A stretch of 64,000 nt of DNA from Acidimicrobiales bacterium (lineage in GTDB: Bacteria > Actinomycetota > Acidimicrobiia > Acidimicrobiales > SZUA-35): contig JBHJNQ010000046.1 of assembly GCA_050330635.1 (NCBI GenBank), positions 2,808-66,807 of the forward strand, written 5' to 3'. Below the pieces are notes generated by a model. It did not search any database and had not been told where the DNA came from. It saw nothing but the letters and a program-made list of their open reading frames with translations. Every line of letters begins with the position of its first letter. The stretch's first letter is position 1. The position numbers were made by a program, and so were the translations under genes. This document shows positions 7,691 to 16,957 of the stretch, piece after piece.

Positions 7691-9253
7691 ATGAGCTGGC
7701 AGAGCGAGCTGGATGAACTGCACCGTCGACGGGCCCTGGCCGAGGCGATGGGTGGTCCCGACTCGGTCGCCTTCCACCACGGGCGGGGGAAGCTGACGAT
7801 CCGGGAGCGCATCGACCGCCTCGAGGACCCCGGCACCTTCCACGAGGTCGGGGCCCTCACCGGGGCCCCGACGTGGGACGGCGACGGCCAACTCGCCGCC
7901 CTCCAGCCGTCACCGGTGGTGATGGGCACGGTCCGCCTCGACGGCCGCAAGGTCACCGTCGCCGGCGGCGACTTCACCATTCGGGGCGGGGCGGGCGACG
8001 CCGGCGAGCGGACCCTGACGACGAAGTGGTCGTGGATCTACCGGCACTCGCTCGACCACCGCCTGCCCCACGTCCGCCTCCTCGACTCCGCCGGGGGAAG
8101 TGTCAAGACATTCGAGAAACTGGGCCGCACCTACGTCTCCCAGACCGACGACATGTATCTGTCGACCCGCCTCATGCAGCGGGTGCCGGTGGTGAGCGCC
8201 GTGCTGGGCTCGGTGGGGGGCCTGCCCGCCGTCGACGCCTGCTTCAGCCACTTCTCGGTCATGGTCAAGGGCATCAGCCAGCTCTTCGTCGGCGGCCCAC
8301 CGGTGGTCAAGGCCGCCCTCGGTCTCGACATCACCAAGGAAGACCTGGGGGACGAGCGGACCCAGATCCCCAACGGGGTCATCGACAACTTGGCCGACAG
8401 CGAGGAGGAGGCCTTCGACCAGATCCGCCGGTTCCTGTCCTACCTCCCGGCGAGCGTGTGGGATATGGCGCCCCGGACCGAGCCGGACGACCCGCCCGAC
8501 CGGCGGGAGCAACGCCTCCTCGAGGTCATCCCCCGCAACCGGCGCCGCATCTACGACCCCTACGAGATCCTCGACGCCGTCGTCGACCGCGGGTCGTTCT
8601 TCGAGATCTCACCCCACGCCGGACGGTCGCACATCACCGGCCTGGCCCGGGTCGACGGCTATCCCGTCGGGGTCATGATCAACGACCCCAAGGTGCTCGG
8701 TGGCGGCATGGACCTCGTGGCCGGGCAGAAGGCCATGCGCCTCGTCCAGCTGTGCGACACGTTCCACCTCCCGTACGCCTGGCTCGTCGACGCCCCCGGC
8801 CTGGCCGTCGGCCCCGAGCACGAGACGGCCGGGGCCGTGCGCTACGGGGCCCGGGTGGCGTCGGCCTTCGCCGCCTCGTCGATGCCGATGATCGCCTTCC
8901 TCATGCGCCAGTGCTACGGGGTGGGCGGCGCCCTCCACTGGCGGCCCTACGACATGTACCGCCGCTACGCCTGGCCGTCGGCCCACTGGGGCTCCATGCA
9001 CATCGAGGGCGGGGCCAACGCCGCCTACCGGCGGGAGATCGACGACGCCGACGACCCGGCGGCCAAGCGGGCCGAGATCGAGGCCCGCCTCCAGGAGCTG
9101 GCCTCGCCGCTGAGAACGGCGCACGCCTTCGACATCGAGGAGATCATCGATCCTCGCGACACGCGGCCACTGTTGGCCGAGTTCGTGGAGGACGCCCAAC
9201 CGGTGCTGCGAACCCAGCTCGGTCCGACAGCGGGGGCCAGCTACCTGCCCTGA
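7691..9253 (+). CDS. acyl-CoA carboxylase-type carboxyltransferase (two-domain beta-subunit family), paralog 1
   Basis: 520 aa. Family motifs include GKLTIRERIDRLEDPGTF, GGDFTIRGG, LLDSAGG and, in the C-terminal half, LCDTFHLPYAWLVDAPGLAVG. Confidence 0.9.
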   Translation: MSWQSELDELHRRRALAEAMGGPDSVAFHHGRGKLTIRERIDRLEDPGTFHEVGALTGAPTWDGDGQLAALQPSPVVMGTVRLDGRKVTVAGGDFTIRGGAGDAGERTLTTKWSWIYRHSLDHRLPHVRLLDSAGGSVKTFEKLGRTYVSQTDDMYLSTRLMQRVPVVSAVLGSVGGLPAVDACFSHFSVMVKGISQLFVGGPPVVKAALGLDITKEDLGDERTQIPNGVIDNLADSEEEAFDQIRRFLSYLPASVWDMAPRTEPDDPPDRREQRLLEVIPRNRRRIYDPYEILDAVVDRGSFFEISPHAGRSHITGLARVDGYPVGVMINDPKVLGGGMDLVAGQKAMRLVQLCDTFHLPYAWLVDAPGLAVGPEHETAGAVRYGARVASAFAASSMPMIAFLMRQCYGVGGALHWRPYDMYRRYAWPSAHWGSMHIEGGANAAYRREIDDADDPAAKRAEIEARLQELASPLRTAHAFDIEEIIDPRDTRPLLAEFVEDAQPVLRTQLGPTAGASYLP

Positions 9254-9417
9254 GTGGGGATTGGAGCGGCACCCGGTGCCTCATCCACCAACCGGCAACT
9301 GGGCTCACCACCGCTGTCACCACTACGCTGCGGCGCGAACGGGCCCGGGCCCGACCGACGATCCGGGGGAACAGAGCAGTGCCAATCGATCCGTCGCGCG
9401 AGAGCTGGAAGCCAGGA

Positions 9418-10980
9418 ATGGGCTGGGAGGAGGCGGTCGACGAGCTGGCCTATCTCCGCTCGCTGGCCAACGAGATGGGCGGCGCCGAACGGGTCAAACG
9501 TCAACACGACGGCGGCCGCTACACGGTGCGGGAGCGGATCGACAAGATGACCGACCCCGGCACCTTCGTCGAGATGGGTCAGCTCATGGGAGGCGCCACC
9601 TACGACCGGAACGGCAACCTCGTCGACTTCACCCCCGGTGGCTACGTGATGGGCCTGGCCGAGATCGACGGGCGCCCGATCGCCATCGGTGGTGACGACT
9701 TCACCCTCTCCGGCGGCAGCCCCCACAACGTCCACAAGATGCCGCATCAGTTCGTGCAGCCCCTCGCCCTGCAGTACGGCATCCCCTACGTCCAGCTGCG
9801 GGAGGGCGTTGGTCACAGCTCCAAGTCCGACGAGGAGTCGGGACGGATGGCCCTGCCCCAGGGCGATCTGTGGCACCAGGGCGTCGAACTGCTGGCCAGG
9901 GTACCGGTGGTGTCGGGGATCCTCGGCTCCACCGCCGGGTGGCCGGCGGCGGCCGCCCTGATGGCCCACTTCACCGTCATGGTCAAGGGCAACGCCCAGG
10001 TCTTCCCGTCCGGGCCCCCCGTCGTGGAGCGGGCCATCGGCGAGACCCTCGACAAGGAGGCACTGGGCGGCACCCGGATGCACGTCCACACCAGCGGCCA
10101 GGTCGACAACGAGGCCGAAGACGAGGACGACGCCTTCGACCAGATCCGGCGTTTCCTGTCGTTCGTGCCCGACACGACCAACGACGTGGCGGCCCGGGTC
10201 GAGACCGGCGACCCACCCGACCGACGGCCCGAGCAGCTCCTGAACATCATCCCCACCAACCGGCGCCGGGGCTACGACATGCGCACGCTGATCTCCCTCG
10301 TCGTCGACAACGGCGACTTCTTCGAGATGCGGCGCCACTACGCCGGGGCCGTCATCACCGCCTTCGCCCGCCTCGACGGCTACAGCGTCGGCGTCCTGGC
10401 CAGCGACCCGATGAAGCTGGCCGGGGCCATGGACGGCGACGGGGCCGACAAGTACGCCCACTTCGTCGACCTGTGCGACGCCTTCAACCTCCCCGTCGTG
10501 ATCTTCCTCGACATGCCGGGCTTCATGCTCGGCTCCGACGCCGAACGCAAGGCCACCATGCGCCGGGGGGTCCGGGCCCTGATCGCTTCGGCCGAGGCCA
10601 AGGTGCCGAAGGTCGAGTTCAACGTGCGCAAGGCCTACGGGGTGGCGGCCGACGCCCCCAACAGCCTCGGCCTCCCCGACGGCCTCAACCTCCGTTTCGG
10701 GTGGCCGGCCGGCGAGTGGGGCGGCATCCCCATCGAGGGTGGCGTGGCCGCCGCCTACCGCCGAGAGATCGCCGCCGCCCCCGACCCCGAGGCCCACCGC
10801 GAAGCGATCGAGCAACGCCTGCTGCGCATGCGCTCCCCCATCAAGGCGGCCCAGAGCGGCGACGTCGTCGACCTCATCGACCCCCGCGACACCCGCCGCC
10901 TGGCCTGCACCTTCGTCAGGCTGGCCCAGCCGATGCTGCACCGCCTGGCCCAGCGACCGAAGCGTGCGGTCCGGCCGTGA
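9418..10980 (+). CDS. acyl-CoA carboxylase-type carboxyltransferase, paralog 2
   Basis: MGWEEAVDELAYLRSLANEMGG aligns with the paralog 1 N-terminus. Other motifs are GRYTVRERIDKMTDPGTF, GGDDFTLSGGS and LCDAFNLPVVIFLDMPGFMLG. An alternative GTG start lies at 9379. The first ~515 aa of the 1035-aa track ORF are a shadow frame. Confidence 0.9.
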   Translation: MGWEEAVDELAYLRSLANEMGGAERVKRQHDGGRYTVRERIDKMTDPGTFVEMGQLMGGATYDRNGNLVDFTPGGYVMGLAEIDGRPIAIGGDDFTLSGGSPHNVHKMPHQFVQPLALQYGIPYVQLREGVGHSSKSDEESGRMALPQGDLWHQGVELLARVPVVSGILGSTAGWPAAAALMAHFTVMVKGNAQVFPSGPPVVERAIGETLDKEALGGTRMHVHTSGQVDNEAEDEDDAFDQIRRFLSFVPDTTNDVAARVETGDPPDRRPEQLLNIIPTNRRRGYDMRTLISLVVDNGDFFEMRRHYAGAVITAFARLDGYSVGVLASDPMKLAGAMDGDGADKYAHFVDLCDAFNLPVVIFLDMPGFMLGSDAERKATMRRGVRALIASAEAKVPKVEFNVRKAYGVAADAPNSLGLPDGLNLRFGWPAGEWGGIPIEGGVAAAYRREIAAAPDPEAHREAIEQRLLRMRSPIKAAQSGDVVDLIDPRDTRRLACTFVRLAQPMLHRLAQRPKRAVRP

Positions 10981-10990
10981 CCGGCCCTGG

Positions 10991-13378
10991 ATGAGGCCGT
11001 TCCACGCCCTCGAGGTCGTCGAGGTCGCCGGGTCGATCGCCGGCGCCTACTGTGGCAAGCTCTTCGCCGACCACGGCGCCACCGTCACCCTCGTCGGCCC
11101 CTCGGCCCTGAGCGAGGCGGAGGCCGGCTACCTCCACCAGGGCAAGGCCACGGCCCCCGACCTCGATCCCGCCCTCCTGGCCCGGGCCGACGTCGTCATC
11201 GAGAGCACCGCCGACCGGCCCCTCGAACCGTTGACCGGCCTGAGTGACACCGTGGTGCGGGTGCAGGTCTCACCGTTCGGGTCGACGGGCCCCTACGCCT
11301 CATGGCGGAGCAGTGACCTCATCGACTACGCCCTGAGCGGCCACCAGTACCTCTACGGGGACCCCGAACGTGAACCGCTCCGGGGACCCCCCAACCAGCC
11401 CCGCTACGCCAGCGCCCTCTTCGCCTTCATCGGGGCCATGGTCGCCCTCCTCGAACGAGAGCGCAGCGGCTCGGGCCAGACGGTAGAGGTCGACCATCTG
11501 GCGACCATGGCCGTCCTCCACCAGTTCACCCTCCTGCGCTACACGATCGGCGGCGACGTGCTGCGCCGCATGGGTAACCGCTTCACCGGCCAGGGACACC
11601 CCAACGGCATCTTTCCCTGCGCCGACGGATGGGTCTCGATCGCCGCCCCGGCCAGCGACCAGATCGAACGCCTGCTCGGCGTGAGCGGCCTCGACCACCT
11701 GCTGGAACGACCCGACATCTCGTCGCCCATGGACTTCCAGACCTCGCCCCACGTGCTCGACGAGGCGCTGCTTCCCTGGCTGGCTGCGCAGCCCGTGGCC
11801 GACGTCGTCGAGTTGCTGCAGGCGGTGCGGGTACCGGCCGCCCCGACCACCACCATGGAGCGCCTCCTCGACGATCCCCAGCTCGCGGCCCGCCACTACT
11901 GGACCACCACCGACGACGGGCACCGCGTACCCGGCCGTCCGTTCCGCCTGAGCGGTCATCCGTGGCGGGCGACGGGCGCCCGCACCGATCGCTCCGACCC
12001 CGGGTGGTTGCACTCGACGCCGAGCGACGACCGGTCCGAGGCGGGGCCCGACGCCGGCCCTCTCGCCGGGCTGCGAGTCCTCGACCTGGCCCGGGTGTGG
12101 GCCGGACCCCTGGCGGCCCGGCTGCTGGCCGAGCTGGGGGCCGATGTGATCTGGGTCGAGGCCCCGTGGTCACGAGGACCGCGCCTGATCCCCGAGTCGG
12201 TGGTCCGGACCGTGCGCTACTACCCGGACGACGACGCCGGAGCCTGCCCCTGGAATCGCAGCGGGCACCTGGTCAAGTACTCGATCGGCAAACGATCATC
12301 GGCCATCGACCTCGGCACCGGGGCCGGCGTCGCCGCCTTCGAGCGGCTCGTCCCCTGGGCCGATGTGGTGCTCGAGAACTACAGCCCCCGGGTCATGCCC
12401 CAGTTCGGGTTGGGTGAGGAGCGGCTCCACGAGCTGAACCCGGGCCTGGTCTACGTGACCATGCCGGGCTACGGACGATCGGGGCCGGCGGAGCAGTGGC
12501 TCGCCTACGGTTCATCGGTCGACTCCCACGCTGGCCTGTCCCACCTCATCGGCTATCCCGATCAGGTCCCGTGGAAGGGCGGGATCGCCTGGCCCGACCC
12601 GATCGCCGGTCTCCACGCCGTCGGCGCCCTCCTCATCGCCCTGTGGGATCGCGGCGCCGACGGCGGCGGCGGCCTCGGTCAGACGGTCGAAGTCGCCCAG
12701 TTCGAGGCCACCACCGCCGTCGTCGGCGACCAGCTCCTCGCCGCCCAGCTCGCAGCCTCCCCACGTCACGACGAGCCGATGGTGGCCCCGCCACCGGCAA
12801 GCGAGCGGCCGGCGTCGGGCGGAGACCCCGGCGGAAACGGGGGACCGGGCAACCGCGACGCGCTGCTGGCGCCACAGGGCACCTACCGATGCCGCGGCGA
12901 CGACCGCTGGCTGTCGCTGTCGGTACTCGACGACGAGGGGTGGCGGGCCCTGTGCCACCTGGCCGGGCTGCCCGCCGAGTGGGCGGCGTGGACGGTGACC
13001 GACCGGCGGGACCACCACGACCGAATCGACCACCGACTCGGCCGGTGGACCGCCTATCTCGATCAGGTCGAGACGGCGGAGCTCCTGCAGGAGCACGGCG
13101 TGGCCGCCGGCGCCGTCCACGACGCCGCCGGCGTCCGCAACGACCGCCACCTGCTGGCCCGGGGCGCCTTCGTCACGATCGACCAGCCCGAGTTCGGCCC
13201 CTTCGTCACGCCCGCTCTCCCCCCTCGCCTGTCCCGAACCCCGACTCGGATCCGCGGCCGGGCGCCCCTGCTCGGCGAGCACAACCGCCAGGTTCTGGCC
13301 GATCTGGGTGGCCTCGACGAGGAGGAGATCACGGCCCTGGAGTCGGCCGGCGTGATCGCCGATCGTCCGCCGGGGTAG
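10991..13378 (+). CDS. tandem-duplicated family III (CaiB/BaiF) CoA-transferase, about 795 aa
   Basis: There are two complete CoA_transf_3-like halves. The N-terminal half starts ALEVVEVAGSIAGAYCGKLFADHGATV. The C-terminal half starts LAGLRVLDLARVWAGPLAARLLAELGADVIWVE and contains WPDPIAGLHA. The halves are joined by a Ser/Asp/Pro linker. Confidence 0.85.
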   Translation: MRPFHALEVVEVAGSIAGAYCGKLFADHGATVTLVGPSALSEAEAGYLHQGKATAPDLDPALLARADVVIESTADRPLEPLTGLSDTVVRVQVSPFGSTGPYASWRSSDLIDYALSGHQYLYGDPEREPLRGPPNQPRYASALFAFIGAMVALLERERSGSGQTVEVDHLATMAVLHQFTLLRYTIGGDVLRRMGNRFTGQGHPNGIFPCADGWVSIAAPASDQIERLLGVSGLDHLLERPDISSPMDFQTSPHVLDEALLPWLAAQPVADVVELLQAVRVPAAPTTTMERLLDDPQLAARHYWTTTDDGHRVPGRPFRLSGHPWRATGARTDRSDPGWLHSTPSDDRSEAGPDAGPLAGLRVLDLARVWAGPLAARLLAELGADVIWVEAPWSRGPRLIPESVVRTVRYYPDDDAGACPWNRSGHLVKYSIGKRSSAIDLGTGAGVAAFERLVPWADVVLENYSPRVMPQFGLGEERLHELNPGLVYVTMPGYGRSGPAEQWLAYGSSVDSHAGLSHLIGYPDQVPWKGGIAWPDPIAGLHAVGALLIALWDRGADGGGGLGQTVEVAQFEATTAVVGDQLLAAQLAASPRHDEPMVAPPPASERPASGGDPGGNGGPGNRDALLAPQGTYRCRGDDRWLSLSVLDDEGWRALCHLAGLPAEWAAWTVTDRRDHHDRIDHRLGRWTAYLDQVETAELLQEHGVAAGAVHDAAGVRNDRHLLARGAFVTIDQPEFGPFVTPALPPRLSRTPTRIRGRAPLLGEHNRQVLADLGGLDEEEITALESAGVIADRPPG

Positions 13379-13418
13379 GCCGGGCGAGGCCTACGTGGCA
13401 AGGCCGGGCGAGGCCTAC
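13375..13418. terminator. twin GC-rich hairpins between convergent CoA-transferase genes
   Basis: GTAGGCC-GGGCGA-GGCCTAC (13375..13394) is repeated as AGGCC-GGGCGA-GGCCT (13401..13416). Both genes' stop codons (TAG 13376..13378 and CTA 13415..13417) lie inside the repeats. Confidence 0.45.
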
Positions 13419-14623
13419 CGGTCGGCCGAGTGGAGCACCCCGGCGGCCTCGAGGGCGTCGATCGTGGCGTCGTCGTAGCCGAGCACCTCGGCCAGGACCT
13501 CCCGGTTGTGCTGGCCGAGTGTCGGGGCGTGGATGTCGGGTAGGTCGGGCTGGGCGGAGAACTTGAACGGATACCCGGCCACCACCACCTCGCCCAGTAC
13601 CGGGTCGGGTACCCGTCGCACCATCTCCCTCGCCTCGAAGTGGGGGTGGCCCACGGCGTCGGTGGGGTCGAACACCTCGCCCAGTGGCACCCGGTGCTCC
13701 AGGCAGGCCGCCACCAGCGACCCGTTGTCGGGGAACGACAGCAGCCACCCCTGCACGATCGGGATCAGCTCACCCTGGTTGTCGGCCCGATCGGGGCCGG
13801 TGGCGAAGCGGGGGTCGTCGATCAGCTCCGGCCGGCCCATGGCCCGACAGAGGTTGGGCCATTGGCGTTCCAGCACCAGGAGGTACCCGAAACCCTGAGG
13901 GAGCTCGTAGGTACCGACCGGGCAGTACAGGCCGTGGTGGCGGCCGTAGCGACCGGGCCGCACCGACCGGTCCGACATCTCGTACTGGGCCATCTGATCC
14001 TGCAGCCCGAACACGACGTCGGCCATGGCCAGGTCGATGTGCTGACCCTCCCCCGTTCGCTCCCGGTGCAGTAGGGCGTAGCCGAGGGCGGCGAAGCCGT
14101 GCACGGCGGTGGAGTTGTCGGCGACGGCGAACCCCACGGGCGTCGGCGGCCCCTGGGGATCGCCCGTCAGCGCCATCACCCCGGCGGTGGCCTGGATGAT
14201 CCCGTCGAATCCGGGCCGATCCCACCACGGGCTCGTCCGCCCGTAGGCCGACACCGACACCATGACCAGCGACGGGTTGAGCTTGCGCAGGGCGTCGTAG
14301 TCGAGGCCCCGTCGCTCCAGCACCCCGGCGGCGAAGTTCTCCACCACCACGTCGCAGTGGGGTACCAGGTCCAACAGCGTCCGCATGCCTTCCGGGGTGT
14401 TCCAGTCGAGGCACAGGCTCCGCTTTCCCCGGTTGTTCTGGATGAACACGCTGCTGCGGCCATCCTTCACCCACCGCAGGAGCCGGCTCGGGTCGCCGTC
14501 GGGAGCGAGCTCGATCTTGATGATCTCCGGGCCCAGTTCGGCCAGCAGGCGCGTGATTCCCGCCCCCGCCAGGTACTGCGAGAGGTCGAGGACGCGGTAG
14601 CCCTCCAACATCGGTCTGGTCAA
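13415..14623 (-). CDS. family III (CaiB/BaiF) CoA-transferase
   Basis: 402 aa with LEGYRVLDLSQYLAGAGITRLLAELGPEIIKIE and ...FAVADNSTAVHG. The start could be Met5 (14611). Confidence 0.9.
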   Translation of the reverse strand: MTRPMLEGYRVLDLSQYLAGAGITRLLAELGPEIIKIELAPDGDPSRLLRWVKDGRSSVFIQNNRGKRSLCLDWNTPEGMRTLLDLVPHCDVVVENFAAGVLERRGLDYDALRKLNPSLVMVSVSAYGRTSPWWDRPGFDGIIQATAGVMALTGDPQGPPTPVGFAVADNSTAVHGFAALGYALLHRERTGEGQHIDLAMADVVFGLQDQMAQYEMSDRSVRPGRYGRHHGLYCPVGTYELPQGFGYLLVLERQWPNLCRAMGRPELIDDPRFATGPDRADNQGELIPIVQGWLLSFPDNGSLVAACLEHRVPLGEVFDPTDAVGHPHFEAREMVRRVPDPVLGEVVVAGYPFKFSAQPDLPDIHAPTLGQHNREVLAEVLGYDDATIDALEAAGVLHSADR

Positions 14624-14768
14624 CGATCAGCCCCCCGTTCACGGCCCACCTGGCACCACTGCCCCCATCATCGCACGATCGGCTCGACGGACCCGAAAGC
14701 GCCCGGCCGCCGGTATCGGCCCGTGCCGCTCCGAGGGGCGGCCGGACGGTCGGACCTGCAAGGCTGGG

Positions 14769-15203
14769 GTGATGAGCGATGACACCGCCGCCGACGCCGA
14801 TACCGCCACCGTCACAGAGCGCAATCGGCACGCCGTCACCGTCGCCTTCGAGCGATTCGTTGCCGGCGACGCCGCCCCCTTCTTCGCCCTCGTGGCCGAC
14901 GACGTCCGCTGGGTCGTGATCGGCACCACCGACATCAGCGGCACCTACACCTCGAAACGGTCGTTCATCGCCGAGGCGACGTCCAAGCTGTTCGGCGCGT
15001 TCGCCGGACCCCTCGTCGGCTCGATCCGCAACGTGCTGGCCGACCGCGATCACGTCGTCGTCCAGTGGGACGGCCACGCCGACCTCACCGCCGGTGGCCG
15101 CTACGACCAGTCGTACTGCTGGGTTCTGCGCCTCGGCGACGGGCTCGTGGTAGAGGCCACCGCCTATCTCGACACCGAAGCGGTGACCGCCGCCCTGCCC
15201 TGA
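14769..15203 (+). CDS. SnoaL-like / NTF2-fold protein
   Basis: 144 aa. The pattern RNRHAVTVAFERFVAGD...VRWVVIG...YCWVLRLGDGLVVEATAYLD is typical of the NTF2-like fold. Confidence 0.7.
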   Translation: MMSDDTAADADTATVTERNRHAVTVAFERFVAGDAAPFFALVADDVRWVVIGTTDISGTYTSKRSFIAEATSKLFGAFAGPLVGSIRNVLADRDHVVVQWDGHADLTAGGRYDQSYCWVLRLGDGLVVEATAYLDTEAVTAALP

Positions 15204-15229
15204 GGCCGCCGGGCCGGGGGCTCAGCGGC

Positions 15230-16204
15230 TCACCGGTCGAACTCGAGCGGCTCGGCCGAGGCCGGGGCCTCGATGGCCTCGCCCCCGCCCAGTGACTCGA
15301 AGTCCACCACCAGGTCGGCCGAAATCGTGGCGCCGGCCTCGTCGGTCAGGTCGTCGGCGGTGAAGGTGACAACGTCGATGTTCCCGTCGGCGTCGAGCAC
15401 GAGGTCGACGGCCACTCGCTGTGCGGCCACCTTGGGCGGCAGCTCCTCGCCGACCGCAGCGTCGACCCCGGCCATGGGGACGGTGGGGATGAGGGTCCGG
15501 AGCCGACCCACGGTGGTGGTGGCGGTGAAGTGCCCGGGCGCCACCTCCCGGGCGTTCTCGGCCGTGGTGGCGATCTCGATCAGCGCCTCCGATACCTGGG
15601 TCTTCACGTCCAGGGGCGACCCGACCATCGTCAGGACCGAGTCGATCTTCGGGTCGTCGATCCGATACCAGTCGTCGTCGGCCCGGGTGTAGAGCACCCC
15701 GTCGACCACCCGGGCCTCGTAGGCACCATCGGCGATGCCGGCAGGGCCCGAGGTCAGCGCCAGCGAGACGTCGTCGCCGTCGTACCGGCCGATGAGATCG
15801 ACCCGCTCGTCGACACCGTCCATCCCCAGATGCCCGCTGATCAGGACCGTCCCCGAGTTCGCCATCCCGGTCTGCTCGGCCGCCTGCACCATGGCCGCCG
15901 CCGCCGGGGGCGTCGACGTCGGCCACACCAGCGCCGCCCCGGCGGCGACCACGAGAGCGGCCGCCGCCGCAGTGACGGTGCGGACGGCCCAGCGACGTTC
16001 CCGACCGCGCCGCCGCTCCGAGGCCCGGAGTGCGTCGAGGGTGATGGGCGCAGCGTCTCGATCGGCCCCCGATACGGGCTGGTGCATGATGATCTCCTGG
16101 AAGCGTCGGTTGGCACCGGGCGAGGTGCCCGGCTCGGTGTGTTCGAGCGGTACCGGGTTGGCCCGTCCCAGCAGTTCGATCGGATCGAGTTGGTGTCCGT
16201 TCAT
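15230..16204 (-). CDS. membrane-anchored protein encoded downstream of an ECF sigma factor (candidate anti-sigma/sensor)
   Basis: Its start overlaps the sigma stop (ATGA, 16201..16204). It has a cytoplasmic N-terminus, one TM helix (AVRTVTAAAAALVVAAGAALVW) and a ~220-aa extracytoplasmic domain of unknown fold. Confidence 0.6.
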   Translation of the reverse strand: MNGHQLDPIELLGRANPVPLEHTEPGTSPGANRRFQEIIMHQPVSGADRDAAPITLDALRASERRRGRERRWAVRTVTAAAAALVVAAGAALVWPTSTPPAAAAMVQAAEQTGMANSGTVLISGHLGMDGVDERVDLIGRYDGDDVSLALTSGPAGIADGAYEARVVDGVLYTRADDDWYRIDDPKIDSVLTMVGSPLDVKTQVSEALIEIATTAENAREVAPGHFTATTTVGRLRTLIPTVPMAGVDAAVGEELPPKVAAQRVAVDLVLDADGNIDVVTFTADDLTDEAGATISADLVVDFESLGGGEAIEAPASAEPLEFDR

Positions 16205-16839
16205 GGCGTCGGGTCCTGTTCGTCGCTCAGGTTGATGGCTCGTCGGGTGTGCTCGTGGGCGACGCCCTCGGCGTCGAGGGCGTCGCCCAAGCGGCGGCGG
16301 GCCCGGTGCAGGCGGATGGTGGCGGCGTTGACCGTGCAGTCGAGCACGGCCGCCACCTCCGCCATCGGCAGGCCCTCCCAGGCCACCAGACGCAGCAGCT
16401 CACGGTCGGGTTCGTCGAGACGCTGTAGCGCCGCCAGGACGGCATCGACGCTCTGCTCGTCGGCCCCGGCGGTGGCGACCACGGCGTGACCATGGCCGGG
16501 GAGGATGGTCAGACGCTCCTCCAGCCGCCGCCGGCTCCGGTCGGCCCGGCTCTGGTTGGCCACCACGTTGCGGGCCACGCCGAACAACCATGGCCGGGTC
16601 CCGAGACCATCGGGTACCTCATCGAGCCGACGCCAGGCCACGAGGAACACCTCGCTTATCGCTTCGGCTGCGGCCTCCGGGGAAAGCCGGCGTCGGCAGT
16701 AGCCATCGATCGGTCCGTGGTTGGTCTCGTACAAACGGCGGAAACGCTCGACCCGGTCATCATCGTCGACGGGCGACGGTCGATCGCCCCACGACGTCGT
16801 CATGGTCGATCCGTTGCTGGTCGTACCGGCCGGTCGCAC
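16201..16839 (-). CDS. ECF-type RNA polymerase sigma-70 family factor
   Basis: Region 2 reads ISEVFLVAWRRLDEV...RPWLFGVARNVV. Region 4 reads DRELLRLVAWEGLPMAEVAAVLDCTVNAATIRLHRARRRL. An alternative start lies at 16803. Confidence 0.85.
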   Translation of the reverse strand: MRPAGTTSNGSTMTTSWGDRPSPVDDDDRVERFRRLYETNHGPIDGYCRRRLSPEAAAEAISEVFLVAWRRLDEVPDGLGTRPWLFGVARNVVANQSRADRSRRRLEERLTILPGHGHAVVATAGADEQSVDAVLAALQRLDEPDRELLRLVAWEGLPMAEVAAVLDCTVNAATIRLHRARRRLGDALDAEGVAHEHTRRAINLSDEQDPTP

Positions 16840-16957
16840 ATCATGTACCTGTCACCACGATGCCGAATCTTTCGCCCGGCACCATGTTCGTGACATCGGG
16901 CCGTCCGCCCGACCCGTCGCAGGCCGGTCGACGGGCCCGATGGGAGACGACGATCGG

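Noticed and set aside
7873-9417. The first ~515 codons of the 1035-aa track ORF (7873..10980), which would make a giant fusion protein.
   Set aside because: The translation is Arg/Pro/Gly-rich low-complexity sequence in an alternative frame of the real carboxyltransferase gene 7691..9253. Homology-like sequence begins only at about 9379/9418.
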